This document shows, in pieces, positions 40,937 through 49,940 of a DNA stretch of 61,733 bases. The DNA lies in the NCBI GenBank assembly GCA_043803945.1, contig JAZDJN010000003.1, forward strand, positions 1-61,733, in the 5' to 3' direction. The first letter of the stretch is position 1, and the number at the start of each line of letters is the position of its first letter. The stretch comes from a bacterium (GTDB lineage Bacteria; Bacteroidota; Ignavibacteria; UBA10030). Position numbers and translations under genes: made by a program. A model generated the notes under the pieces. It saw only the letters and a list, made by a program, of their open reading frames with translations. It was not told the origin of the DNA and ran no database searches.

Positions 40937-42153
40937 TGGATCCTCTCATGCAACGTCTTTATGAGCTCTCTCAGCAGGCGACAGGATTTATTTATCCGAA
41001 CGAGGTCGAGGTGCACTGGTCGATTCTCATTGTGGTCTATCCCTATCTCACGGGATTAGTTGCTGGAGCATTTATCCTTGCGTCGCTGGTGAAGGTCTTT
41101 AATATCAAAGAGGTGCAATCGGTTTATAAATTGTCCCTGTTGACAGCGCTGGCATTTTTATTAATAGCTCCGCTCCCTCTGTTGCTGCATTTGGGACATC
41201 CCGAACGCTCGTTCGAAATTTTTCTCAATCCGAACTTTACCTCGGCGATGGCGATGTTCGGTTTCGTGTATGCCTGGTATTTGATGGTTGTTCTCTTGCT
41301 AGAAATTTGGTTCACCTATCGACGTGATCTCATTCTCTGGTCACAACAGGAAGATTCACCGAAACGATGGATCTATAAGGTGTTGTCACTCTTCTCCTCC
41401 GATACAAGTGACCATTCAATCGTGATCGATAAAAAAGTACTGAAAGCTATTACCGTTATTGGCATACCGTCTGCATTCTTACTCCATGGGTACGTTGGAT
41501 TTATTTTCGGATCGATCAAAGCAAATCCATGGTGGAGCAGCGTGTTGATGCCAATCGTGTTTCTCTTCTCGGCAATCGTCTCTGGCATTGCGTTGGTCAT
41601 TCTTCTTTATATGGTTATCACACCATACCGTAAAGAGAAGATCGATATGAAATGCCTTGATAAGATGGCCTCCTATCTCTTCTATGCGGTAATCGTCGAT
41701 TTTTCGCTGGAATTGCTCGACTTCATCCACCGCTTGTATGAAAGCGAGGAGTCGATAAAAATATTGTCACAGCTCGTGATGAATAAACTCTTCGTCAGTC
41801 TCGTGATTTTGCAGGTGCTTTTGGGTATGCTCCTTCCTCTTGCCATTATGGTTGGCATCAAGCTCTTCAAATTTGAAGAGGAGTTAAGAAAATTATTGTA
41901 TTTTGTTTCAGTCATCCTGATTCAACTTGGAATCTTTGCTACCCGATGGAATGTCGTCATTGGAGGACAGATGTTTTCGAAGAGCTTCCGGGGGCTCACC
42001 ACCTACAAGATGGAAATGACCGGACTTGAAGGATTTCTTGTTTCTCTTCTGCTGTTAATCTTGCCGTTGGTGGTGTTATATGTGCTGGCGAAAATCTTAC
42101 CCCCTTGGGAAAAGTCGCAGGGAGCGCTTCCCCAGGAATCAAAAGCTTCATAA
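40936..42153 (+). CDS. NrfD/PsrC-family integral membrane quinone-interacting subunit
   Basis: W...IVVYPYLTGLVAGAF, LHLGHPER, SAMA.FG, LHGYVGFIF, RWNVVIGGQ; multiple TM helices. Confidence 0.9.
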   Translation: MDPLMQRLYELSQQATGFIYPNEVEVHWSILIVVYPYLTGLVAGAFILASLVKVFNIKEVQSVYKLSLLTALAFLLIAPLPLLLHLGHPERSFEIFLNPNFTSAMAMFGFVYAWYLMVVLLLEIWFTYRRDLILWSQQEDSPKRWIYKVLSLFSSDTSDHSIVIDKKVLKAITVIGIPSAFLLHGYVGFIFGSIKANPWWSSVLMPIVFLFSAIVSGIALVILLYMVITPYRKEKIDMKCLDKMASYLFYAVIVDFSLELLDFIHRLYESEESIKILSQLVMNKLFVSLVILQVLLGMLLPLAIMVGIKLFKFEEELRKLLYFVSVILIQLGIFATRWNVVIGGQMFSKSFRGLTTYKMEMTGLEGFLVSLLLLILPLVVLYVLAKILPPWEKSQGALPQESKAS

Positions 42154-42162
42154 TCATTTACG

Positions 42163-42639
42163 GTGATGTGTGAGCAAATGAACGAACAAACTAAATTCGG
42201 AAATAAGGAACGGAAGCGGAGGGAGTTTCTCGAATACATCCTCGGTGGAGGAGTTCTTGCCTGGTTGGTTTCCATCCTCTATCCGATAATTGCGTTTCTT
42301 CAACCGCCAAAAGAAGGTGGAGTAGAGGTCACCAGTGTCAAGGCGGGAAAACTGGAAGAAATCGAAAAGGACAGTGGCAGGATTATTAAATTCGGGAACA
42401 AACCGGTTCTGCTGATTCGAACCGCAGACGACCAACTGCGGGCGTTCACTGCTACCTGTACACACCTTGACTGTACAGTCCAATTTAAGCGTGACGCAGG
42501 AATTATTTGGTGTGCGTGTCATAATGGCAAATACGATTTGAATGGAAAGAATATTGCCGGACCGCCGCCCAGGCCCCTTGAAGAGTACCGGGTCACGCTC
42601 CAAGGCAATGAGATATTCATTTCGAAAAAGGTGAAATGA
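42163..42639 (+). CDS. Rieske [2Fe-2S] subunit of a Rieske/cytochrome b complex (start may be 42166 or 42178)
   Basis: RREFL Tat-type anchor; CTHLDC and CACH boxes; GPPPRPL. Confidence 0.92.
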   Translation: MMCEQMNEQTKFGNKERKRREFLEYILGGGVLAWLVSILYPIIAFLQPPKEGGVEVTSVKAGKLEEIEKDSGRIIKFGNKPVLLIRTADDQLRAFTATCTHLDCTVQFKRDAGIIWCACHNGKYDLNGKNIAGPPPRPLEEYRVTLQGNEIFISKKVK

Positions 42640-43712
42640 TCGTGCTGCGAAAACTCTATCATTGGTTGGATGAACGAGTAGATCTGGAGAGCCTCGTACA
42701 ATTTCTGGGGAAGAAATATGTCCCCGTGCACCGTCATTCGGTTTGGTACTATTTCGGCGGTGTCTCGCTCTTCCTCTTCATCATTCAAGTCGTGACAGGA
42801 ATTCTCCTGCTCTTGTATTATAAAGGGAGTGAAGATCTTGCCTTTGAGAGTATCAAATATATCATGGCCAAAGTGCAGTTCGGATGGCTCATTCGCTCGA
42901 TCCACAGTTGGTCGGCAAATTTATTTATCCTGGCAGCAATGATCCACATGTTCAGTGTCTATTTCGAAAAGTCGTATCGAAAACCGAGGGAAATTACCTG
43001 GCTGACGGGAATGTTAATGTTCTTTCTGGCAATGGGATTTGGTTTCAGCGGTTATCTGCTTCCATGGAATGAACTCGCATTTTTTGCAACAAAAGTTGGC
43101 ACTGATATCGCGGGAGTGCTTCCATTGATTGGTAAACCGATGCTCGTCTTTCTCCGGGGGGGCGAAGAGGTAACGGGAGCGACGTTATCGAGGTTCTTCG
43201 GCTTTCATGTCGCAGTGCTTCCGGGAATATTTACCGTGCTGCTTGGGATCCACCTTATATTGGTTCAGCGTCAGGGAATGAGTGAACCGCTTGAGCTGGA
43301 AGGGAAGCCGGAAGGTGAACGGAAAACAATGCCGTTCTTTCCAAATTTCATTTTGCGCGATCTTCTCTTGTGGCTCATTGTGCTGAATTTACTTGCAATA
43401 CTTGCTGTGTTTTTCCCCTGGGAATTGGGAGTGAAAGCAGATCCGTTTGCATCAGCTCCCGCAGGGATAAGACCGGAATGGTATTTCATGTTCATGTTCC
43501 AAACACTGAAGTTCATTCCCGCACAACTGTTATTTTTTGATGGTGAGGTTTTAGGCATCCTGGCCTTTATGCTTGCAGGAGCCTTATGGATGCTCGTACC
43601 GTTCTGGGACAGGAAAAGTCCGCGGGGCGAGCGAAATCGTTTTGTCAACTATCTGGGACTATTCGCTGTCCTCTATATCATAATCTTAACGATCATTGGA
43701 TGGATAACCTAA
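42636..43712 (+). CDS. Cytochrome b of a Rieske/b (bc-type) complex
   Basis: [12 protein letters not shown]...[19 protein letters not shown]...IHL, PFFPNF, Qo-site PEWY. Confidence 0.93.
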   Translation: MIVLRKLYHWLDERVDLESLVQFLGKKYVPVHRHSVWYYFGGVSLFLFIIQVVTGILLLLYYKGSEDLAFESIKYIMAKVQFGWLIRSIHSWSANLFILAAMIHMFSVYFEKSYRKPREITWLTGMLMFFLAMGFGFSGYLLPWNELAFFATKVGTDIAGVLPLIGKPMLVFLRGGEEVTGATLSRFFGFHVAVLPGIFTVLLGIHLILVQRQGMSEPLELEGKPEGERKTMPFFPNFILRDLLLWLIVLNLLAILAVFFPWELGVKADPFASAPAGIRPEWYFMFMFQTLKFIPAQLLFFDGEVLGILAFMLAGALWMLVPFWDRKSPRGERNRFVNYLGLFAVLYIIILTIIGWIT

Positions 43713-45187
43713 AAATAATTACTCGCACTCTTTGCCACACACTTTTGCTGGTTCTAACGGTGCAGGTGTGTTTCGCGCAACAGCGGACCTCTCAACGGGA
43801 TGAATGTTTTCAATGTCATCGCAGCCTGGAGGACAAGCCATCGGCACTATTCAGCACGGATGTCCATTTTCAAAAGGGACTGGGCTGCGCAGCTTGCCAT
43901 GGAGGTGATCCGACAAAAGGCGACAACGAACTGGCAATGAGCAAGACATCCGGTTATATCGGTGTTCCGAAGAGAGACGCGATTTCCACGATGTGTGCCT
44001 CGTGTCATGGCGATGCGACGAAAATGAAATCCTACAAGTCATCGCTGCCGACCGATCAATGGGAGAATTTAAAGAAAAGCGTCCATGGTAAATCGTCGAC
44101 AGCAGCAAAACAGCATGTTGCCCAGTGTACCACATGTCACAGCGTTCATAATATCAGCGCGGTAAAGAGTCCAGCTTCACCTGTTCATCCCCTGAATGTT
44201 GTCCAGACCTGTTCCAAGTGTCATGCCGATGTTGCTTTAATGCGTACCTATAATCCATCTCTCCCCGTCGATCAGCTCGAAAAATACAAGACAAGTGTAC
44301 ATGGGATGAAGCATGCAAAGGGTGATGCTAAAGTTGCTCAATGTGCCAGTTGTCACGGAAGCCATGATATTCGTTCGGCGAAAGATGTGAAGTCGAAAGT
44401 GTATGGGGTGAATCTTCCGGAGACTTGCGGCAACTGCCACAGCGATTCTCGATATATGAAGGAATACGGCATCCCTACCAATCAACTGGAGAAATTCAAG
44501 AAGAGCGTTCATGGTGTGGCGTTGCTGCAAAAGAAGGATCTTGGTGCACCGGCTTGTAATGACTGTCACGGAAATCATGGAGCAGTACCGCCCGGTGTGC
44601 AGTCCATTTCGAACGTCTGTGGAACATGCCATTCTTTGAATGCCGATCTCTTCTCATCCAGTCCTCATAAAAAAGCTTTTGATGATAAAAAACTGCCCGA
44701 ATGCGAAACTTGTCATGGTAATCACGAGATTATCACTGCGACGAACCAATTACTCGGCGTTACTCCGGAAGCGGTTTGCTCACGATGCCATCAGCAAACG
44801 AACAACGTAAAAGGGTATCAGGTTGCAGGGACGATGAGAGCTTTGATCGATAGTCTTGAATCTTCTACAAAAAAAGCTAACATTCTGATCGAAAATGCTG
44901 AACAACGAGGTATGGAAGTATCCGATGCAGCATTCAAACTTCGCGATGCTCGGCAAGCGCGGCTGCAAGCCCGCACGATGGTGCATTCATTTAGTGAACA
45001 GAAATTCCGCGACGTGGTCCAGCAGGGACTGACAATTGCTCACGATGTTCAGTTGGAGGGCAGCGAAGCGATTGATCAGTATTACTTCCGTCGATGGGGA
45101 TTGGGTATTGCATCGCTTATCATAACAATCTTGGCTGTATCACTGTATTTATTTATCAGAAAAATTGAACGGAAACAGATTCCATAA
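43700..45187 (+). CDS. 11-heme cytochrome c with coiled-coil stalk and C-terminal TM anchor (cytochrome c subunit of the Rieske/b complex)
   Basis: ATG 43700 gives a signal peptide ending CFAQ; 11 CxxCH; C-terminal [23 protein letters not shown]. Confidence 0.88.
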   Translation: MDNLKIITRTLCHTLLLVLTVQVCFAQQRTSQRDECFQCHRSLEDKPSALFSTDVHFQKGLGCAACHGGDPTKGDNELAMSKTSGYIGVPKRDAISTMCASCHGDATKMKSYKSSLPTDQWENLKKSVHGKSSTAAKQHVAQCTTCHSVHNISAVKSPASPVHPLNVVQTCSKCHADVALMRTYNPSLPVDQLEKYKTSVHGMKHAKGDAKVAQCASCHGSHDIRSAKDVKSKVYGVNLPETCGNCHSDSRYMKEYGIPTNQLEKFKKSVHGVALLQKKDLGAPACNDCHGNHGAVPPGVQSISNVCGTCHSLNADLFSSSPHKKAFDDKKLPECETCHGNHEIITATNQLLGVTPEAVCSRCHQQTNNVKGYQVAGTMRALIDSLESSTKKANILIENAEQRGMEVSDAAFKLRDARQARLQARTMVHSFSEQKFRDVVQQGLTIAHDVQLEGSEAIDQYYFRRWGLGIASLIITILAVSLYLFIRKIERKQIP

Positions 45188-45226
45188 CAAACTCACATAT
45201 CCATCCATAACTATAGGAGTTCTCCT

Positions 45227-45733
45227 ATGAAAACTTTTCGTATCCTTGGAATGCTATTGATCGTTGTGTTCCTCGCTGCCCTCTGTCTGCAGGCGCAGAA
45301 TAAAAACGTTGGGGTAAAAATATGCAAAATGTGCCATCAAACAGAGAAACAAGGCAAGCAATTCGGTATCTGGGAAAAGACCCCGCATGCTGAAGCGTTC
45401 AAAACACTCGCCTCGGAGAAGGCAATGGAAGTTGCAAAGAAGAAAAACATTGCCAAGCCACAGGAAGCAAAGGAATGTCTCGATTGCCACTCTCCAATAG
45501 ATAAGGATGGCGTGTCCTGCGAGAATTGCCACGGTGCAGGTTCTGCTTACAAGACCATGGCGATCATGAAGGATAAGGCAAAAGCGATTGCTGCTGGATT
45601 AACCGACTTCAAAGATAAGGCAGCAATCGAGAAATTCTGCAAAACCTGCCACAACGAAAAGAGTCCGACATTTAAAGGATTCAAATTCGACGAAATGTGG
45701 GGCAAGATTAAGCACTCGGTGCCTAAAGCATAA
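45227..45733 (+). CDS. Small periplasmic tetraheme cytochrome (c554-like family)
   Basis: Signal peptide; VG...CKMCH...W..TPHA.AF, CLDCH, GVSCENCHGAGS, CKTCHN..SP; Lys-rich. Confidence 0.88.
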   Translation: MKTFRILGMLLIVVFLAALCLQAQNKNVGVKICKMCHQTEKQGKQFGIWEKTPHAEAFKTLASEKAMEVAKKKNIAKPQEAKECLDCHSPIDKDGVSCENCHGAGSAYKTMAIMKDKAKAIAAGLTDFKDKAAIEKFCKTCHNEKSPTFKGFKFDEMWGKIKHSVPKA

Positions 45734-45785
45734 GCAACAGAAATTGCTTCTCCGGATAGTTCATAACATCGTTTGAGCAGTATAA

Positions 45786-45823
45786 CGTCGGGTGTGCGGA
45801 GAAACTTCCGCACGACCCCGGCG
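45786..45823 (+). other. GC-rich intergenic stem-loop without a U-tract
   Basis: GTGCGGA/TCCGCAC perfect inner stem extended by CGTCGGG/CCCGGCG. Confidence 0.55.
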
Positions 45824-45944
45824 CAGATCATCGGTAATTGAATAACATATTTAACTGTCAGGGCACTTGCGCCAGGTGCTTTGTGAAAGCGTCAGTGTGC
45901 GCCAGGCGACAAGGAAGTACAACACGCGTTTTGCTCGAAATAAT

Positions 45945-47270
45945 ATGGCTACTACTATGAAAATACCATTACAACTTCTGTGTTTTCTGATCATTGCATC
46001 GACCTGCAGTTATGCACAGCGGTTCCAGGCTCGCTTTGTGACCTCGGCGTATGCGTGGGAACGATATGATGCAGTTGGCACATCAACTCAACATCTCTTC
46101 GGCTATCAGACAGTTCAACTTTCGTTAGCGAAGAAAGATCTTTTTCTCGGAACCTATCTCCAGGGATTCAACGATTTCACCGGGCCGGTGCAGAACGATG
46201 CCTATGTCCGGCTCTACAATTTTTATGGAAAATGGTCGAACATCGGTGGATTCGGAGACCTCAGCGCAGGCCGACAAGCGATCTTTGCAGGGATCGGCAA
46301 TGGCACGATTGACGGAGCTGCTGCCTCTGTCAAAATGTTTGATAATCGCGTCAAACTCATGGGGTATTATGGTTCCTTGCCGCCGCCGCGTCAAAAGATT
46401 AGCCTGACAGATGATGCTTCGAATAATATGATGATGGGAACCCAACTGGTTGCTTCGGCAGGAGAGGTTGCCCAGGTTTCTGTGAGCTACATGAAGCGAA
46501 AGATCGCCACTGAATCCTATAAAGCAATCCGGCGTGATTCTCTCTTCAATCCCTATACAATTGAAATCAAACCTTCGGCTGGAGTTGAAGAACTGGTGGG
46601 AGGCGATCTCAATCTTACGGCTGGAAATTTCATCTCAGGATATGCGCGCTATGACTATGACGCACTCGCCGAAAAAATGGCACGTCTGCAATTCTTCGGA
46701 CGCGTACGACCCTTTGAGTATTCCAATGTCAAAGCGCTATCATCGCTGAGTCTCACAGGCGAATATATTCAGCGGGAACCGAGATTATCCTATAACTCGA
46801 TCTTTTCAGTCTTTGCATTTAATACCCTGAAAGAATATGAGGTGGGAGCTGAATATGCCTTTACTCCAACCTGGCAAGCATTCGCAAAATACGGTTCAGT
46901 GAACTACGGCGATGAAGACGATCAACGTCTTACACTCGGATTGAACGCTGACCATGTTTCTTTCAGCTTTTCACACAGTGTGGGGTATGCCGGTGAACTA
47001 AGCGCGGCGTCGTTCAATGTTGGCTATCCGATTCTTGACAATCAGGTAGTTCCGACGCTCTTCTTCAGCTATGCCAAATATAAATTGAGCGAAGATGCCA
47101 AAGACCTTGATGGTGCGATCAGTGCAGGGATGGGAGTTGTATACCGTCCGGTACCGACATTCTCCATTGAAACACAAGGTCAATGGATCCAGAATAAAAT
47201 TTATTCCAATGATAAAAGACTCTTCATCCGTATCAGTTATTTCTTTTCACAACAACTAGCAATATTCTAG
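45945..47270 (+). CDS. Outer-membrane beta-barrel, putative porin of a porin-cytochrome complex (start 45945 or 45957)
   Basis: Signal peptide ending SYAQ; RLYN.Y, AGRQ, IDG, amphipathic strands, terminal Phe; immediately precedes two multiheme genes. Confidence 0.75.
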   Translation: MATTMKIPLQLLCFLIIASTCSYAQRFQARFVTSAYAWERYDAVGTSTQHLFGYQTVQLSLAKKDLFLGTYLQGFNDFTGPVQNDAYVRLYNFYGKWSNIGGFGDLSAGRQAIFAGIGNGTIDGAAASVKMFDNRVKLMGYYGSLPPPRQKISLTDDASNNMMMGTQLVASAGEVAQVSVSYMKRKIATESYKAIRRDSLFNPYTIEIKPSAGVEELVGGDLNLTAGNFISGYARYDYDALAEKMARLQFFGRVRPFEYSNVKALSSLSLTGEYIQREPRLSYNSIFSVFAFNTLKEYEVGAEYAFTPTWQAFAKYGSVNYGDEDDQRLTLGLNADHVSFSFSHSVGYAGELSAASFNVGYPILDNQVVPTLFFSYAKYKLSEDAKDLDGAISAGMGVVYRPVPTFSIETQGQWIQNKIYSNDKRLFIRISYFFSQQLAIF

Positions 47271-47281
47271 AGTGAACGTAC

Positions 47282-48514
47282 ATGAAAAAGCCACTCTCCC
47301 GAATTTCAGACACCTTTGTTACTTGTGCATCCATGCTTTGCATGGTTCTTCTCCTTGGATTGTATTCCGCTGAATCAGCATTCGGTGAGACACAAAAAAT
47401 CCGTGAGGAAAAGACCATAAAATTTTCGCATCTCAAGCATGTGAAAGATGCCGGAATTGAATGCGTCGATTGCCATAAAGCGGCTACGACGAGCAAACTC
47501 TCCTCCGACAACCTCCGCAGTTCTCATGAGAATTGCCAAAGCTGCCATGAGGATCAGCTCAATAAAACTTGCACATTCTGCCACACAAGCGAAAATCAGG
47601 ATACCTATCAGGCAAAAGAACCTCCTGACAGGAAACTTGTATTTTCCCATGAGTTTCATCTGGGGAAAGAGAAGATGGAATGTATCACCTGTCATCAGAA
47701 TGTTCCGGAAGCAGATGACGAGGTAACAATCCATGTTCCGAAAATGACAATATGCAATACTTGTCATAACGACGCGAAAGCATCCAACTACTGTGAAGGA
47801 TGCCATACCGATCTTTCTTCGTTACGGCCGAAAGAACATAATCGGACAAACTTTGTACGGGAACATAAAATTGAAGCCCGTCTCTCTACTCAAACCTGTT
47901 CAACCTGCCATACACAGGAATCCTGCCTGGATTGCCACAGCGGCAGCGATCTGCAAAAGTCTAGTGTGAAAGGAGGAGATTTGGTGTCTCCACGTTCTCC
48001 ACGGCTGATGGCAATCGATCGCGGTCAAGGGAACCGGTTGATTAAAGTCCATGATGCAAATTTCAAGATGACGCATGGGGTCTCTGCGAAATCAAAAATG
48101 ATTGAATGTCAAACATGCCACGAGCAAAAGACATTCTGTTCAACCTGCCACGAAGCCGGAGGCAATGTGAATCAGTCAGGCTTTAGACCCGATTCACATG
48201 CCAAAGCCGATTTTATCAGACTCGGTATTGGTTCTGGAGGTGGTCAGCATGCGACACTTGCTAAGCGAGATATCGAAACCTGTGCCAGTTGCCACGATGC
48301 TGAGGGTGCCGATCCTGCATGTGTGCATTGCCATACCGATGCCGATGGAATCAAGGGAACGGATCCAAAAACCCATACACGAGGTTTTATGGCCTCCAAT
48401 AACGGTGAGTGGCATACCGATCCCGGATCGACATGCTATATGTGTCACAACGATGCGAACGCTCGTGTTGGCGGTATTAAAGGACGAAACTTCTGCGGCT
48501 ATTGTCATAAGTGA
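47282..48514 (+). CDS. 14-heme periplasmic cytochrome c (c3/c7-like N-terminal repeats)
   Basis: 14 CxxCH; KFSH..H...IECVDCH and VFSH..H...ECITCH c7-like motifs; signal peptide. Confidence 0.9.
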   Translation: MKKPLSRISDTFVTCASMLCMVLLLGLYSAESAFGETQKIREEKTIKFSHLKHVKDAGIECVDCHKAATTSKLSSDNLRSSHENCQSCHEDQLNKTCTFCHTSENQDTYQAKEPPDRKLVFSHEFHLGKEKMECITCHQNVPEADDEVTIHVPKMTICNTCHNDAKASNYCEGCHTDLSSLRPKEHNRTNFVREHKIEARLSTQTCSTCHTQESCLDCHSGSDLQKSSVKGGDLVSPRSPRLMAIDRGQGNRLIKVHDANFKMTHGVSAKSKMIECQTCHEQKTFCSTCHEAGGNVNQSGFRPDSHAKADFIRLGIGSGGGQHATLAKRDIETCASCHDAEGADPACVHCHTDADGIKGTDPKTHTRGFMASNNGEWHTDPGSTCYMCHNDANARVGGIKGRNFCGYCHK

Positions 48515-49744
48515 GTGATGATCATGAAACGAATCTCTTTCAATCCGATACTATTCATTGCTTGTGTACCATTTATTCTGTTAATGCTGGCTGGATGCAG
48601 CGAGCTCAAGGATGAACTCCCTGCACCTACAGCCGGGCAGATTGCCATCCACACTGACGGATGGGATCAGCTTGCGTCGGCAAATTTCCATGGCAAAGCA
48701 TTGAAGCTCAATAGCTATAAACGGGACGATTGTGCTGCTTGTCATTCGAAACAGTTTACCGGCGGCATTAGCGGCAATTCCTGTTACAAATGCCATAACG
48801 CCTATCCACATTGGATCAATCCGGCAGAACCCCCGGACCACAGGGCGTATCTAAAAAAATATAAGTGGGATATTGAGCAGTGCGATGATTGCCATGGATC
48901 GAATTATTCCGGAGGAACTAGCGGACAATCATGTTTCGGTTGCCACAAGCAGTATCCTCATGCGGTAAATTATAAATCGGGCCATGCTCCTGCACTCGTG
49001 GCAGCATCATATCCATTGAACGAGTGCAAAACTTGCCACGGTTCGACATTTCAAGGGGGAGCAACGGTAGATGTTTCCTGCTCCAAATCCGGATGTCACA
49101 TGGATGCATCTGGCGTGGCAAAATCTCCTGAAGCATGCAACACGTGTCACGGAAATTTCTCTGCTCCGGCTAACGACCTTCTCTCTGCAGCCCCGCCAAA
49201 GAGTGTTGCAGGTGGAACTTCCATAACCGAAAGAGGAGTTGGTGCTCATCAGGCACATCTCGTAACTACTGTATTAGGGAAGACTGTGAAATGTGCTGAG
49301 TGCCATACAATTCCAGCCAGTCTCTCGGCTGCCGGCCATCTGGATGCATCTCCTCAGGCAGAAGTTGTTTTCAATGATACACTGGCCAGAGTACGAAGCG
49401 CTGGCATTATACCTGTTCCGTCGTACAGCGGCACTTCGATGACGTGCAATAATTCCTATTGTCATGGAAATTGGAAAATTCGAAAGGCAACCTCCTCATA
49501 TCAGTACGTCTTTTCTGATTCTGTCATGGTTGGAGCAAATGACTCACCGGTGTGGACTGGAGGTCAGGCTGAAGCAGCATGTGGCAGTTGCCATGGCATT
49601 CCGCCGAAGGGTCACGTCGCAGCTTCACTTATCATTTGTCAGGGATGTCATACTGGTGTTGTTGATGAGTTTGGAAAGATTATCGATAAATCAAAACATA
49701 TCAATGGAAAGATAAATGTCTTTGGTCAGGAGAGGGCCATTTAA
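48515..49744 (+). CDS. Multiheme cytochrome c lipoprotein with CxxxxCH/CxxCH motifs, putative outer-surface cytochrome (start 48515-48524)
   Basis: Lipobox LAGC; 9 CxxCH plus CSKSGCH and CNNSYCH (CX4CH); GAH..H, W...CGSCHG.PP..H, HING. Confidence 0.88.
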   Translation: MMIMKRISFNPILFIACVPFILLMLAGCSELKDELPAPTAGQIAIHTDGWDQLASANFHGKALKLNSYKRDDCAACHSKQFTGGISGNSCYKCHNAYPHWINPAEPPDHRAYLKKYKWDIEQCDDCHGSNYSGGTSGQSCFGCHKQYPHAVNYKSGHAPALVAASYPLNECKTCHGSTFQGGATVDVSCSKSGCHMDASGVAKSPEACNTCHGNFSAPANDLLSAAPPKSVAGGTSITERGVGAHQAHLVTTVLGKTVKCAECHTIPASLSAAGHLDASPQAEVVFNDTLARVRSAGIIPVPSYSGTSMTCNNSYCHGNWKIRKATSSYQYVFSDSVMVGANDSPVWTGGQAEAACGSCHGIPPKGHVAASLIICQGCHTGVVDEFGKIIDKSKHINGKINVFGQERAI

Positions 49745-49847
49745 TCCGACCCATTCTCAAATTTGACAGAGGCCTCCAAATTCTTTCTACAACATAAGAG
49801 TGAAGAGGGTAACGAAGCTATAACGGACATCAGAATCTGAAAATATG

Positions 49848-49877
49848 AGCCATTCCGCAATAGAGTGGCTTTTTTTT
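49848..49877 (+). terminator. Rho-independent terminator after the cytochrome genes
   Basis: AGCCATTC-loop-GAGTGGCT followed by a T-run. Confidence 0.75.
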
Positions 49878-49890
49878 GCCTATTAGTCTG

Positions 49891-49906
49891 TGGCACGAAC
49901 ATTGAG
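49891..49906 (+). promoter_or_regulatory. Possible sigma54-like promoter of ccmF (degenerate -12)
   Basis: TGGCACGAACATTGAG: perfect -24 TGGCACG, GG-N10-GA instead of GC; about 35 bp before the ATG. Confidence 0.4.
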
Positions 49907-49940
49907 CATATTCACATTAAACTTTTAAGGCTAAAAGAAT

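Noticed and set aside
47282-49744. Calling the conduit genes mtrA/mtrB/mtrC or omcB/omcS
   Set aside because: Heme counts, motif spacing and barrel size differ from Shewanella Mtr; orthology to Geobacter proteins cannot be shown without alignment.
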